A DNA stretch of 64,000 bases, taken from positions 1 through 64,000 of the IMG/VR virus record IMGVR_UViG_3300042261_001117, one strand, 5' to 3'. Positions 46,983 to 56,816 of the stretch are shown one piece after another; within the stretch, counting starts at the first letter, position 1, and each line of letters opens with the position of its first letter. This stretch comes from a virus. The notes under the pieces were generated by a model that saw only the letters and a program-made list of their open reading frames with translations, had not been told where the DNA came from and searched no databases. The position numbers and the translations under genes are program-made.

Positions 46983-47480
46983 ATGGACCAGGACTTCCGC
47001 GGCAGCACCTACGATCCGAACCAGGACCGCGACCGCCTCATGAACTACACGCAGCGGGTGTTCTCGCTGCTGCTCGATGGTGCGTGGCACACGCCCGCGC
47101 AGTTGCGCGAGGTCGGCGGCGGTGAGTGGTCGCGGCGCGTGCGGAACCTCCGCGAGCCGCGCTTCGGGGGCTTCTCTGTCGACACCTCGCGCGACCCGGA
47201 CAAGCCGGGCAAGTGGCTTTACCGGCTGCTGGACGTGGACCAGATCTCGCAGGCTCAGATCGACGCGGTGATGCGCGGCGACGTGGACGACCGCAATCCG
47301 CTCGCGCCCAGCACGCAGAAGGACCGCGAGACGCGGCTGCGGAAGTGCATCAACCGCCGCGTGGGCCGCATGCCGGAGGACTGGCTGCGGATGCTCGAGC
47401 AGTGGATGACGCACGGGCTTCCGGTGGAGATGGCAAAGCGGCAGGCTGCGAGCGCGCAGCAGGCCGCGCTGAGGTTGTAG
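46983..47480 (+). CDS. Winged-HTH protein
   Basis: 'LLLDGAWHTPAQL...SRRVRNLR..RFGG..V...W.YRL'. Confidence 0.6.
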   Translation: MDQDFRGSTYDPNQDRDRLMNYTQRVFSLLLDGAWHTPAQLREVGGGEWSRRVRNLREPRFGGFSVDTSRDPDKPGKWLYRLLDVDQISQAQIDAVMRGDVDDRNPLAPSTQKDRETRLRKCINRRVGRMPEDWLRMLEQWMTHGLPVEMAKRQAASAQQAALRL

Positions 47481-47489
47481 GGGGTGACG

Positions 47490-47720
47490 ATGGACCGCGC
47501 ACCGGAGCCGTTGCTGGACGAGTACAAGGGCTTCAAGCTCAAGCACAACTGGCAGAACCCATCGCCCATGGGCTGGACGACGAAGGCCTACTACGACGGC
47601 GTCCTGATCACGCTGGACCGCGACGCGAACGATCCGCTGAAGTCGCAGGCGGGCGTGCTCATGGTGCTCGACACACTGTGCTACTGGGCGGACAACGAGC
47701 GGAAGCACAGGGAGAAGTAG
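47490..47720 (+). CDS. Hypothetical protein
   Basis: Packed ORF; alternative GTG start at 47484. Confidence 0.5.
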   Translation: MDRAPEPLLDEYKGFKLKHNWQNPSPMGWTTKAYYDGVLITLDRDANDPLKSQAGVLMVLDTLCYWADNERKHREK

Positions 47721-48023
47721 ATGCGCCTCCAGATCGAGATCCCCGACGAAGAACTGGCGCGGTCGATCGCGGCGAACCTACTGTCGCGGCGCGATGGCAG
47801 AGCGCTGCTAGACGACGTGCTTCGCCGCATCGGGCCAGCACTCGACGCCGCAGTGCTGAACGCCGCTCTCCCTCTGGTCGAACGCGCGACGCGCACGTCG
47901 GTTTCGCAGATCGTTGAAGTGCGCGCTCGGCGGATGATGGGTAAGGACCAGCCGCTCAAGACGGCTGTCGACGAAGCGGTGCGGAAGCGCGTCGAGCAGC
48001 TTCGGATCGGAGGTGGGCTGTGA
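47721..48023 (+). CDS. Hypothetical protein
   Basis: Packed ORF. Confidence 0.45.
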   Translation: MRLQIEIPDEELARSIAANLLSRRDGRALLDDVLRRIGPALDAAVLNAALPLVERATRTSVSQIVEVRARRMMGKDQPLKTAVDEAVRKRVEQLRIGGGL

Positions 48024-48682
48024 CCGAGTTCGTGAGCCCGCAGCACCTGCGCGACCTGTGGGACTGGTACGTGCGCGAGTGCCCCGACGTGAAGATCGAC
48101 GGCAACCAGATGACCACGCCGGAGGGGTGGGTGCTGGTGCGACCGCCGGAGCCCGTCATCCCCGTCGTCGAGAGCGACGCCATGCCGTTCGACGCGCTGC
48201 TGGCGATCTGTAGCGGTGGCCAGCCGGTGGGAGCGATCAAGAACCTCAAGTCGCCCAAGTTCGATCCGGAGACGGAAGCGGCGCTCGCCGCCATGGCGCG
48301 CGATGCCGACGAGCACTGCGACCGCACGGAACGACAGCGCTCCGCGGTGATGAGAGCGCTGTGGATGGAGTTCGGCGCGAACACGTGCACGCTCAACTAC
48401 CTCGGCGGCCATGACTGCGGGCGGTCGATCATGGTGACGCCCGGTGGTGAACTCGCGTTCGACACGAGCGGGAAGTACGCGCTGCGCCCGAAGATGACCA
48501 CGACCAGCCGACAGGTCTTTGCCATCGCGAAAACCGCGCTCGAAGTGTTCCCGCGAGCGGAGATCGTCTGGTCGCTCGAGTGGTCGATGTCGGCGTACGA
48601 GCGCCGCGGGTTCGAAGAGATGCACGAAGTGCAGATGCGCGACCAGTTGTTCGACGCGATCGGAACGGAGGACCCGAAGTGA
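48020..48682 (+). CDS. Hypothetical protein
   Basis: GTGA overlap, GGAGGT SD. Confidence 0.5.
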   Translation: MTEFVSPQHLRDLWDWYVRECPDVKIDGNQMTTPEGWVLVRPPEPVIPVVESDAMPFDALLAICSGGQPVGAIKNLKSPKFDPETEAALAAMARDADEHCDRTERQRSAVMRALWMEFGANTCTLNYLGGHDCGRSIMVTPGGELAFDTSGKYALRPKMTTTSRQVFAIAKTALEVFPRAEIVWSLEWSMSAYERRGFEEMHEVQMRDQLFDAIGTEDPK

Positions 48683-49164
48683 TCTCATCCTTCCTCGCGC
48701 TCCCGTCCGTCGCTCTGGCGTTGCTGCTGGCGCCGGACGCACGGGTGTCCACGTACCGCGCACTCGAGGTCGCGCTGGCGTGCGAGGCGTCGTGCCGCGG
48801 GACGCTGGTGCGCCCGGATGAGTGTGTAGCGCTCGCGTACGTCGAGACGCGGTTCAGACCGGAGCGCGTGAGCGCGAAGGGGTGCATTGGTGTCGTCCAG
48901 GTTTCGGTCTGCAACTTGCTGGTCGCAGGTCGTCGCGTGAACGCACCGGCAGCGGGGCCATGGGACGTCCACTGCATCGCTGGCGGGATCGATGCGGGTG
49001 TCCTGGCGGCAGATGCACTGAAACGCGCGCACGGGGCATTGTGGCCCCGATTTTACGGCTGTGGCACGAAGGCGGCGCGCAGGGGCGACAGAGCGTGTGT
49101 GCAGCACGAGATGCGCGTCTACCGCGCCATGAAGCGACTTGCTAGTACGGCGCCGGTGTCGTAA
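48679..49164 (+). CDS. Lytic transglycosylase (SLT-like) with hydrophobic N-terminus
   Basis: '[25 protein letters not shown]' matches the SLT E-S/T and GxMQ motifs. Confidence 0.65.
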   Translation: MISSFLALPSVALALLLAPDARVSTYRALEVALACEASCRGTLVRPDECVALAYVETRFRPERVSAKGCIGVVQVSVCNLLVAGRRVNAPAAGPWDVHCIAGGIDAGVLAADALKRAHGALWPRFYGCGTKAARRGDRACVQHEMRVYRAMKRLASTAPVS

Positions 49165-49167
49165 AAT
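49139..49167 (+). promoter_or_regulatory. Promoter TTGCTA-17-TAAAAT for the HNH unit
   Basis: Near-consensus -10 overlapping the upstream stop codon. Confidence 0.6.
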
Positions 49168-49173
49168 GATCCC

Positions 49174-49283
49174 GCTTGTGACCGCTTGCTTCGGCAAGCA
49201 CGACAACTTGGTTCCTCACGGTGGCGGTGGGCATCTTCCCTTCGGGGCAAGCGGCACAAGCAACCACCGCCCCGTGGGGAGCC
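49174..49283 (+). ncRNA. Structured leader RNA with interleaved stems, copy 2
   Basis: 49174-49189/49247-49261 (15 bp, one bulge) and 49210-49230/49264-49283 (20 bp with G-U pairs, one bulge); two UUCG hairpins. Confidence 0.6.
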
Positions 49284-49300
49284 TCGCTTACGGTGCTGAA

Positions 49301-49966
49301 ATGCCACGAAAAGCGCTATATGGTGACGATCGCCTGGGCGCTATCATAAACATGATTGCAGTAAAGTCGATTGTTAAAGACGGATGTCTGATATACACTG
49401 GTTGTAAGGATGGTAGGTACCCATACGCGGAGGTGGATGGTCGCCATATTGCATTAAGCAGACTGATATACGCGATTGTTTTTGGCAACATACCGGATGG
49501 TATGTACGTATGCCATAGATGCGACAACAAGCGCTGTGTAAACCCGGATCACCTGTTCATTGGCACACCGGCAGACAACACGCACGACATGATGAACAAA
49601 GGGCGTCAAAGATTCGATTTGTCGCGTCCCGGGCGGGCGGCGGAGGTCGGGAATATAGGGTGGAGCGGAAAAACGACAAGGGGACAACGCATCGTTGAGT
49701 TATTACGCGACGGAGTTGAGCGAACAACGCGTAATGTTGCAGAGCATCTTGGGTGCGATGTGTCTGCGGCAAAGCAAAGTTTGAAACTAGAACAAGAACA
49801 TGGGAGAATCAATGTAAGGAAAGTCGCGCTTGTTACAATAAAAACCGGCGCAGTGCCAATATCACGCACAAAAAAACGCTATCGCGAGTCCAGTAGGCGC
49901 TTGGTTAGTATGTGGTCAATACACTGCAATACGCTTGCCATCCTACGACACCGGAAGGAGACCTGA
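49301..49966 (+). CDS. HNH homing endonuclease with C-terminal HTH-like domain
   Basis: '[33 protein letters not shown]'; markedly more AT-rich than the flanks. Confidence 0.9.
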   Translation: MPRKALYGDDRLGAIINMIAVKSIVKDGCLIYTGCKDGRYPYAEVDGRHIALSRLIYAIVFGNIPDGMYVCHRCDNKRCVNPDHLFIGTPADNTHDMMNKGRQRFDLSRPGRAAEVGNIGWSGKTTRGQRIVELLRDGVERTTRNVAEHLGCDVSAAKQSLKLEQEHGRINVRKVALVTIKTGAVPISRTKKRYRESSRRLVSMWSIHCNTLAILRHRKET

Positions 49967-49967
49967 C

Positions 49968-50306
49968 GTGGAGTGCACGCGCTGCGGGAACTGTTGCAAG
50001 ACCTACCCGTGCCATCTCTGGCTTTATCAGTGGACGATGGACGGGGGTTCACCGCCGAAAGCTCCGCACGCGTGTCCGGATCTCCGCCCGATGGACGACG
50101 GCACGTGGATCTGCGGCGTGCTGGAGAACGCGCGGTTCCACGTCCAGATTGGCATGCGACCCGGCGGCTGGGACGGGCTGGTCGCTCGGCTGCTGCTGGT
50201 CGGAGACGGCTGCACCGCGACGGATCGCGTGCGGCGCGGGGAGCTTCTGCGCGAGGTTCCCGCTGACACGTTGCGGGCGATGACGATCGAAAGGGACGAG
50301 CCATGA
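49968..50306 (+). CDS. YkgJ-like CxxCxxCC (Fe-S/Zn) protein
   Basis: 'ECTRCGNCC...CPDL...ICGV'; AAGGAG SD. Confidence 0.65.
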   Translation: MECTRCGNCCKTYPCHLWLYQWTMDGGSPPKAPHACPDLRPMDDGTWICGVLENARFHVQIGMRPGGWDGLVARLLLVGDGCTATDRVRRGELLREVPADTLRAMTIERDEP

Positions 50307-50665
50307 CCGACGACGAACTGTTTGCGATGGACCCCGTCGACCGCGCGTGGGCGGTGCTGGACATCACGTACCGCGGGCGCCACCACCTCCCGAGCGGCGG
50401 GCGCAACGTGACCGTCCACCGGAACGGCAACTGGACGTACCTCGAGGCCAACGTCATCGCGCAGTTGGCCACGTTCGACTACGACGAGTTGTCGCGGCTG
50501 GTGTTCGCGGCGCACGACTACTGCGTGCGCGTGGAGATCGCGCAGTCGGGACGCGGGATGGTCAAGCTGCTGCTGCACCCGAGGAACACGCGCGAGGGAT
50601 CGACGATGGTGCGGCACCCCGGGCTGACCGACGCGTACACGGCGTACAAGGAGCGAGGAAACTGA
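50303..50665 (+). CDS. Hypothetical protein
   Basis: ATGA overlap; GC3-rich codons. Confidence 0.55.
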   Translation: MTDDELFAMDPVDRAWAVLDITYRGRHHLPSGGRNVTVHRNGNWTYLEANVIAQLATFDYDELSRLVFAAHDYCVRVEIAQSGRGMVKLLLHPRNTREGSTMVRHPGLTDAYTAYKERGN

Positions 50666-50667
50666 CC

Positions 50668-51381
50668 ATGGGCGATCGAACGTGGGACCAGGAGTTCGAC
50701 GAGTGGGACGGCGTACTGGAAGAGCATGCTCGCGTGCGAACCGGATCGCCGCTGGTCGTTGAGAAGCTGCGCGACTTCCTGCGCCGCGCGAAGGCCAACC
50801 TCGCGGAGTGCGTGAAGCTCGCAGACCGGCTGCAGGACCGCGCGGAGAAAGCGGAGAGCGCACTGGACATCGCACCGGCGTCGTTCGCGGTGCAGAAGCG
50901 GATCGTGCGCTGCCCGCACTGCTACACGCCGATGGAAGTGTGGGCGAAGGAGCCGGACGAGCCGTTCTCGACGACTTGCCCGCGCTGCACGTATTCGTTC
51001 GACGTGGTGTTCCGCGAGCGCGCGGTGGCGGTCGACGCGGAAAGGGCGGAGAACGAACTGGCTCGTGGCAACATGCACGAGGCGACGTACCATCCCGGCG
51101 GTCTGCTGGAGTGGGCGGCGCAGCAGATCGGGTCGCTCGGCGCACGGCTGAAGCTCCGCGAGGAGGTCATCGAGCGCTTCGAACTGGAGCGCGCGGGCAT
51201 GCGCGCGGACATCAACCGGCTGTGCGATGCTCGCGAGCGGGTGGCGATGCTGATTCCGCTCGGAGAGGACTCGGGAACTGTCGAGGACAACCTCGAGCGC
51301 TACATTGCTCGGCTGAAGGCGCTGTTGGAAGAGCAGCGCGCGTGTCTGGAGAGCTACGCTGCTACGCGGGAGGAACCATGA
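50668..51381 (+). CDS. Coiled-coil protein with Zn ribbon
   Basis: CPHC...CPRC motif pair. Confidence 0.55.
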   Translation: MGDRTWDQEFDEWDGVLEEHARVRTGSPLVVEKLRDFLRRAKANLAECVKLADRLQDRAEKAESALDIAPASFAVQKRIVRCPHCYTPMEVWAKEPDEPFSTTCPRCTYSFDVVFRERAVAVDAERAENELARGNMHEATYHPGGLLEWAAQQIGSLGARLKLREEVIERFELERAGMRADINRLCDARERVAMLIPLGEDSGTVEDNLERYIARLKALLEEQRACLESYAATREEP

Positions 51382-51905
51382 CGCCCAGTGACAAGTGCCC
51401 GGTGTGCGGCGCGCGGTCGGTCGATGATATCGTGGCGCTGTACGAGTGCGGAAAAGGAGGACGCGCAGACCCGTGTCCGCACGCGGAGGGCATGCTGTTC
51501 GAAGCGCGCGCGGAGATCGCGCGGCTGGAATCCAAGCTCAACGAATCGTGCGGGATGATGGTGCTCCAGACGATGGAGACCGGAAAGCTTCGGCTGGCGC
51601 TGACCGGGCTGGCCGGTCTTGATCCGCTCGATCCAGCGGTCACCATCGAATCCTGCGTGAAGCGCATCGAACAGCGCGAGCGCAACACGAAACTGGTGGC
51701 GGTGGAAGAGGCATCGAAGCTGATCGACAAGCGCATCGCGGAGGAAGTCGAACCGCGCATCCGGCATGCAGCGGATGAACTTGGCGCACTTCGCGCAGAG
51801 GTCGACCGACTCAACGCCGAGGCCAACCGTCTCGTGCTGCTCGCGGTCAAGCACGGCGTGCCGGAGAAAGAGATCCAGTCGATCATCGTCGGATGGAACC
51901 CATGA
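51378..51905 (+). CDS. Hypothetical Cys-motif/coiled-coil protein
   Basis: GGAGG SD, CPVCG. Confidence 0.5.
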   Translation: MTPSDKCPVCGARSVDDIVALYECGKGGRADPCPHAEGMLFEARAEIARLESKLNESCGMMVLQTMETGKLRLALTGLAGLDPLDPAVTIESCVKRIEQRERNTKLVAVEEASKLIDKRIAEEVEPRIRHAADELGALRAEVDRLNAEANRLVLLAVKHGVPEKEIQSIIVGWNP

Positions 51906-52537
51906 ATCCCCGCAAGCCTCGCTACCGCCACGCGCCCGGCGAACCGCTCGAGCTTCACTGGGACGAGACGCCAGACGAGTGGTACTGCCACGGACACGTC
52001 ACGAAGGAGCAGTGGCTGGAGTCGTGCCTGTTCATGGTCAACGAGCACTTCGTGGTGGACGGCAACGATCCGGACAACGAGCCCGACGACCCGGACGACC
52101 TCGTCGAGGTGTCGACGGACCCGCGCGACTGGGTCATCCGCCACGTGTGGGCGCGGTGGGAAATCTGTGCGGGCGACACGGAGTACACGGACGACTCGTG
52201 GTACCGGGAGTTCCGCGAGTACCGAGATCGCGAGCGCGGAGCGTTTCCGGTGACGTGCGGGACGCCTGTCGACTGGCTGGTCGAGGATCAGAACGACCGC
52301 ATCGACCGCGAAGTGCAGGAGATCACCGAAGCGCGGCTGCTGGAGAGCCTGTTTCCCGGTGCGGAGGTGCGAACGAAGCCGTGGCCGGAGGCTCGCTACC
52401 CGGGGTGGTTCGGCTGGACGCAGATCGAAGCCACGGACCACGGGCGGCGCTACGTCGTGGACGGGAAGGACTACTTCGCGCGGATCAGCAAAGGCGACAT
52501 CGGCTACTGGCTGGCGACGAAGATCGGAAGAGTGTGA
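51902..52537 (+). CDS. Hypothetical acidic protein
   Basis: ATGA overlap with previous gene. Confidence 0.5.
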   Translation: MNPRKPRYRHAPGEPLELHWDETPDEWYCHGHVTKEQWLESCLFMVNEHFVVDGNDPDNEPDDPDDLVEVSTDPRDWVIRHVWARWEICAGDTEYTDDSWYREFREYRDRERGAFPVTCGTPVDWLVEDQNDRIDREVQEITEARLLESLFPGAEVRTKPWPEARYPGWFGWTQIEATDHGRRYVVDGKDYFARISKGDIGYWLATKIGRV

Positions 52538-52547
52538 GGAGCAGACG

Positions 52548-53258
52548 ATGAGAACGATCCGCATGCCGTTCAAGATCGAGATGGTCTGCGCGGTGCTCGG
52601 GCTGCCAGACCCCGCCGGACGTGCGCGCCCGCTCAAGCGCGTGACGCGCCGCCCGATCAACACCCGCAACAGCGAGAGCGGCTCGTGCCCGACGAACTGG
52701 TGTGACCTCGAGCACCCGATCGCCGCCGACCCCAACAGCCCGTTCGGAGCGCACTGGAAGTGCAAGCTCACGCCGGAGGCCGCGCGGTTCTACGGCGACG
52801 ACTCCACGGTGCACCGCGTGCGCCCGCGCATGCAGCCCGGCGACGCGATGATCCTCTGCGAGCCGCTGGTGAAGCGGTTCATCGCTGGCAACGTCGCGTG
52901 CTACGAGTCGGACGGATCGATGGTGTTGTGCAACGACGAGACGGTCGACTGGCGCTGGCGTCACGATCGCCTTTCGGGCATGTACATGCCGCGGTCCATG
53001 GTGCGCTACGTGCTTCCGATCGAGAGCGTGCTGCCATCGGTGGTCGGCGACGTCACCGACGCGGAAGCGTGGATGGAGGGCTTCGAGTCGCGCGAGGAGT
53101 TCCTGGCGCTCTGGAGCACCATCCACCCCGGCGGGCGAGACGACACGCCGCTGTGGCGATACCAGTTCGGAGACCCCGTGCTGGTGAAGACCGGCTTCCA
53201 CAAGTACACGGGGCTGGCGATCGACCCGCTGCTGCGCGACGAACAAGAAGCGGACTGA
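52548..53258 (+). CDS. ASCH/PUA-like domain protein
   Basis: 'MPFKIEMVCAVL', 'KRVTRR', 'YMPR', 'DVTDAEAWMEGF...FLALWSTIH'. Confidence 0.6.
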   Translation: MRTIRMPFKIEMVCAVLGLPDPAGRARPLKRVTRRPINTRNSESGSCPTNWCDLEHPIAADPNSPFGAHWKCKLTPEAARFYGDDSTVHRVRPRMQPGDAMILCEPLVKRFIAGNVACYESDGSMVLCNDETVDWRWRHDRLSGMYMPRSMVRYVLPIESVLPSVVGDVTDAEAWMEGFESREEFLALWSTIHPGGRDDTPLWRYQFGDPVLVKTGFHKYTGLAIDPLLRDEQEAD

Positions 53259-53266
53259 GGTGATCG

Positions 53267-53398
53267 ATGAACGAGTACGGCGCCGAGTGGTTGCTGGGAT
53301 GGTGCGTCGGGACGTTCGTCTGCCTCGCGCTGTACGGTGCGTGGCTGAAGTACGGCTGGCGCATCGGCGAGTGGCTCAAGCGGCTCAAGCGGAGGTGA
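53267..53398 (+). CDS. 43-aa single-TM protein (not in the ORF track)
   Basis: GAGGTG SD; MNEYGAEWLLGWCVGTFVCLALYGAWLKYGWRIGEWLKRLKRR. Confidence 0.5.
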   Translation: MNEYGAEWLLGWCVGTFVCLALYGAWLKYGWRIGEWLKRLKRR

Positions 53399-53402
53399 CG
53401 CG

Positions 53403-53675
53403 ATGGATCTGCAAGAGCGTTGTTCCTGTGACCGTGAGCCATGCGAGTGCGTCGTGACCAAGAAGCAGGCGTCCAGGTTCAAGCGTGCCATTCGCGCGCT
53501 GAACGACTTGATGGCAGAGGTCAACAAAACGCATCCAAACGCCTGCTGGTATCTGGACGGGACGGGGAACATGAACTTGATGTCTGGCGTCAGCCATGTC
53601 GGTGGAGGACGTCAGCGTCAGGATAGGATCATGGAGAGCGTCGTGCTGTGCGGGTCGAGTGGCGGGGACTGGTGA
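53403..53675 (+). CDS. Hypothetical protein
   Basis: GGAGGT SD. Confidence 0.5.
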   Translation: MDLQERCSCDREPCECVVTKKQASRFKRAIRALNDLMAEVNKTHPNACWYLDGTGNMNLMSGVSHVGGGRQRQDRIMESVVLCGSSGGDW

Positions 53676-53679
53676 CGCC

Positions 53680-54168
53680 ATGGCCCACGAATGTCCGGAC
53701 TGCGGGCAGGTCTGCCACTGCTCCGGAGACATCGACGACTGCGTGTTCAACGTCGACTCCTACGTCGAGGCGTGCGTCCATTGCATGGGCGTGGACGAGC
53801 CACCGGACGATGGAGACGACTGCGGGCAGTGCGGAACGTGCGCAGAGTGCGCGGAAGCAACGCGCGAGTACGTGGAAGGAGTCGGCATGAACGCAGTGAA
53901 GCGGTACACGCTCGATACGACGATCGGAATCCTCCGCGAGGCGGAAGACGGGTGGCTGGTGCGGCTCGAGGACGTCCAGCACCTGCTGGACCGCAATCGC
54001 GACCTCGAGGACGACGCTGCGAAGTGGAAGCTCTTCATGCACCACGTCGCGCAGGCAGCGGGCGTGACCGGCGTCATGGAGCACGACGCGGGCGGCATCG
54101 TCTACGCGGTGCGGCGTCTCGCGGAGGACTCGCTGCGTCTGCGGAAGTTCGAAGAGGCGTACGAATGA
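53680..54168 (+). CDS. Cys-rich hypothetical protein (possible internal start at 53887)
   Basis: CPDCGQVCHC and CGQCGTCAEC motifs. Confidence 0.5.
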   Translation: MAHECPDCGQVCHCSGDIDDCVFNVDSYVEACVHCMGVDEPPDDGDDCGQCGTCAECAEATREYVEGVGMNAVKRYTLDTTIGILREAEDGWLVRLEDVQHLLDRNRDLEDDAAKWKLFMHHVAQAAGVTGVMEHDAGGIVYAVRRLAEDSLRLRKFEEAYE

Positions 54169-54482
54169 AGCCCGTGTTCTCCAGCGTTCGGTGCGTGGGC
54201 GGCGTGCTCGACGGCCACTTCATTGACCTGACCGGTACGGTACTGGAGCCCGTGCGCGGCCACGTCTACCTGCTGCGGTGCGCGAAGATCATCGCGGCTG
54301 ACGGCGGCGGCGGCCCGTGCGGAGATGACTCGTACGTGTACTTCATGTCGCCGTACCGCAACGACCAGACGCCAGAAGACGCGACCCATGAAGCGCTGCA
54401 TACGCTGTTCGGCGGCGCGGTGATCACGAAGGCGGAAGCAGACAGCTACAGGAACCCGTTGACAGGGGGCGACCGATGTTGA
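54165..54482 (+). CDS. Hypothetical protein
   Basis: ATGA overlap; 'VGGVLDG'. Confidence 0.45.
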   Translation: MKPVFSSVRCVGGVLDGHFIDLTGTVLEPVRGHVYLLRCAKIIAADGGGGPCGDDSYVYFMSPYRNDQTPEDATHEALHTLFGGAVITKAEADSYRNPLTGGDRC

Positions 54483-55006
54483 AACGGTACGACGGTGCGG
54501 TGTTGGAGGAGTGCGCGACGGGCGACTACGTGCTCTACCGGCACGCGCAGAAGGAGATCGACTGCTTGAACGCGCTGGTCGCGAAGCAAGCGGATGCCAT
54601 CCGTGCCAGCGACGCGCTGGTGAACGACTGCGAAGGCCTCCGCGGCGCGCTGCAGATGCTCTACGCGGAGCGCGATGCGCTGAAGGACGACGCGGTGTGT
54701 CTCAGCGAGTTGATCCACGAGGCCGTCGATCGCCTCTGCGAGTCGCTGCACGCTCTCCGTCCGCTGCCCGGCTGGCACGAGTGGGCGGTCGGAGTGGAGG
54801 AGTTGATCGACCGGCTGAACTTCGCGCCGCGGCACAAGCGGGACGTCATCGATCGCCCGCCGGACGGCATGGACGGGCTTCGAGACGTGGACCATGCGTG
54901 CTACGAGTTCAAGCGCGGCACGCCGAGCGGCGACTGCGAGAGCGACGGGCACCACCTGTGCAGCGAGTGCGCAGAGATGAAACCGGAGGAGGAGCACCAT
55001 GGGTGA
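54476..55006 (+). CDS. Hypothetical protein with C-terminal Cys/His motif
   Basis: 'CESDGHHLCSEC'. Confidence 0.5.
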   Translation: MLKRYDGAVLEECATGDYVLYRHAQKEIDCLNALVAKQADAIRASDALVNDCEGLRGALQMLYAERDALKDDAVCLSELIHEAVDRLCESLHALRPLPGWHEWAVGVEELIDRLNFAPRHKRDVIDRPPDGMDGLRDVDHACYEFKRGTPSGDCESDGHHLCSECAEMKPEEEHHG

Positions 55007-55586
55007 CAGGAAGTTCAAGACGATCATCAAGCACGGGCTGCCGGTGTGCAACTGCGAGAACGGCGACTGCCCCGGATGCGAAGGGTACGCGGACGAGGTG
55101 CGCGCGACCTGCCTCGCGGACATCAAGCTGGCCATCGCGGAGCGCGAGGACGCCGCCCGCGTTCGCGACGCCGCGCTCGACGCCATCGACGCGGAGCCCG
55201 AATTCCCCGGTGACCTGCGCGATGTGCACCCGGAGATGGCTGCCGCGCTCGAGAATGCGTTGCGGGAGAACGACCTCGATCTGCTCGTGCACGCGATGCG
55301 CGTGGCGGTGCGGCTGACGAAGGCAGGAATCCGCGAGCGGTTCCTGGCGGCGAGCCCGCGGCGCCCGGTGGCGGTGGAGTGGACGACGCTCGGAGCGGGC
55401 GATCCGGTCAGCGTCCACGTCGCGACTCGTTGCGGAGACGTGGTGGCGGTGGTCTTCGACCAGGACCATGACTGCTTGGCGATCACGGCTGGCGGCTGCA
55501 CGAAGTTCGGGCCACATGCGACGAAGATGCGCGAGTGGGCGGAGCACCAGTTGTGCTCCGGCGAGAACCAGACGGACGGGCGGTGA
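54999..55586 (+). CDS. Hypothetical protein
   Basis: GGAGGAG SD. Confidence 0.5.
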   Translation: MGDRKFKTIIKHGLPVCNCENGDCPGCEGYADEVRATCLADIKLAIAEREDAARVRDAALDAIDAEPEFPGDLRDVHPEMAAALENALRENDLDLLVHAMRVAVRLTKAGIRERFLAASPRRPVAVEWTTLGAGDPVSVHVATRCGDVVAVVFDQDHDCLAITAGGCTKFGPHATKMREWAEHQLCSGENQTDGR

Positions 55587-55588
55587 CC

Positions 55589-56317
55589 ATGGCGAAGGAC
55601 GCGGCCATCAACGCACTGGACGACATCGCGAAGCTCTGCGGCTGCGCGGAATGGGAATACCCCGGGCAGGTCGTTCGCGACGTCGAGGTGATCGTTCGCG
55701 AACGTGAACGGACGCTGCGCTCGCTCTACGCGACACGGGCCCGCGACGTCCCGTGGCGCGAGGCACTCGCGGGTATCGTCGGCAAGCGCGTCGTCATGGC
55801 GCTGCCCGAGCGGTTCCGCCACCGAAAGCTGATCTGCGCGCGATGCGGAACGGAGACGCGCTACATCGTCGGCGACGAGGACAGCGAGTGGAACGCGTGG
55901 AGAAAGTCGTTCGAGCACGACGCCCACTGCCCGGTGCACCCACTGGCCACGAAGCGCCGCGTGTTCGTGTGCACGCCGCTGCGCGCCGACACGCTCGACG
56001 GCCGCTGCTACAACGTCAACTTCGCCCGCCGCGTCTGCCACGAGGCCATCGTCCGAGGCTACGTGCCGTTCGCGCCCCACCTGCTCTACACGCAGATGCT
56101 CGACGACGGAGACGCCGCCGAGCGGGAGCTTGGGATCGACTGCGGGCTGCAGATGCTGCACGCCTGCCACGAACTCTGGTGGGCCATGCCGCGCAACACG
56201 CTGGAGCACTCGGACGGCATGAAGACGGAGATCGCACTGGCCCAACGCATCGGCATCCCCGTCAAGCGCGTGCTGATGCCCGATGGTCCGACCGACAACC
56301 CACAGCAGGAGGAGTGA
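55589..56317 (+). CDS. Protein with C-terminal DUF4406-like (nucleoside deoxyribosyltransferase-fold) domain
   Basis: 'VFVCTPLR...PFAPHLLYTQMLDD...ERELG...CHELW...SDGMKTEI..A...GIPV'. Confidence 0.7.
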   Translation: MAKDAAINALDDIAKLCGCAEWEYPGQVVRDVEVIVRERERTLRSLYATRARDVPWREALAGIVGKRVVMALPERFRHRKLICARCGTETRYIVGDEDSEWNAWRKSFEHDAHCPVHPLATKRRVFVCTPLRADTLDGRCYNVNFARRVCHEAIVRGYVPFAPHLLYTQMLDDGDAAERELGIDCGLQMLHACHELWWAMPRNTLEHSDGMKTEIALAQRIGIPVKRVLMPDGPTDNPQQEE

Positions 56318-56321
56318 GACC

Positions 56322-56816
56322 ATGGCCGAATCCCTTCGCGACTTTGCGGTGCGCTACGCGGAGCGCTTCATCGGGCGCCCGTACCGGTGGGGCGGCGACG
56401 ACCCTTCAGGCTTCGACTGCAGCGGGCTCTGCGTCGAGGTGCTTCAGGCGTGCGGGCTGTTCGACCGCAAGAGCGACGCGACGGCGGACACGCTCTGGCG
56501 CACGTTCGCGCGGCTGCAGACCACGGACGTCGTGCGGCCCGGGTGCCTCGTGCTCTTCGGCACGCCCGAGCGCGCCACGCACGTCGAGATCGTGTGCCGC
56601 GTGGACCAGCGCAACGCGCCGGTGCCGGGCGGCGTCCGGCAGACCGTGATCACCACGATCGGCGCCAGCGGGGGCGGCTCGAAGACGCTCACCGATGCCG
56701 ACGCGTGGGCGCAGAACGCCTACGTGAAGGTGCGTCCGATCCGCATCGCCGGTGCCCGTCAGGACGTGCTCGGGTTTGTGGACCCGTTCGTGGGGGTGGA
56801 AGCATGCCCCGCCTGA
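56322..56816 (+). CDS. NlpC/P60 peptidase (candidate endolysin)
   Basis: 'IGRPYRWGGDDPSGFDCSG' with catalytic Cys; 'THVEI'. Confidence 0.85.
   Translation: MAESLRDFAVRYAERFIGRPYRWGGDDPSGFDCSGLCVEVLQACGLFDRKSDATADTLWRTFARLQTTDVVRPGCLVLFGTPERATHVEIVCRVDQRNAPVPGGVRQTVITTIGASGGGSKTLTDADAWAQNAYVKVRPIRIAGARQDVLGFVDPFVGVEACPA

Noticed and set aside
49165-49967. HNH as part of a group I intron or as an IscB/OMEGA nuclease
   Set aside because: Flanking genes look intact and unrelated, no group I core is recognisable, and the protein lacks PLMP and RuvC motifs.
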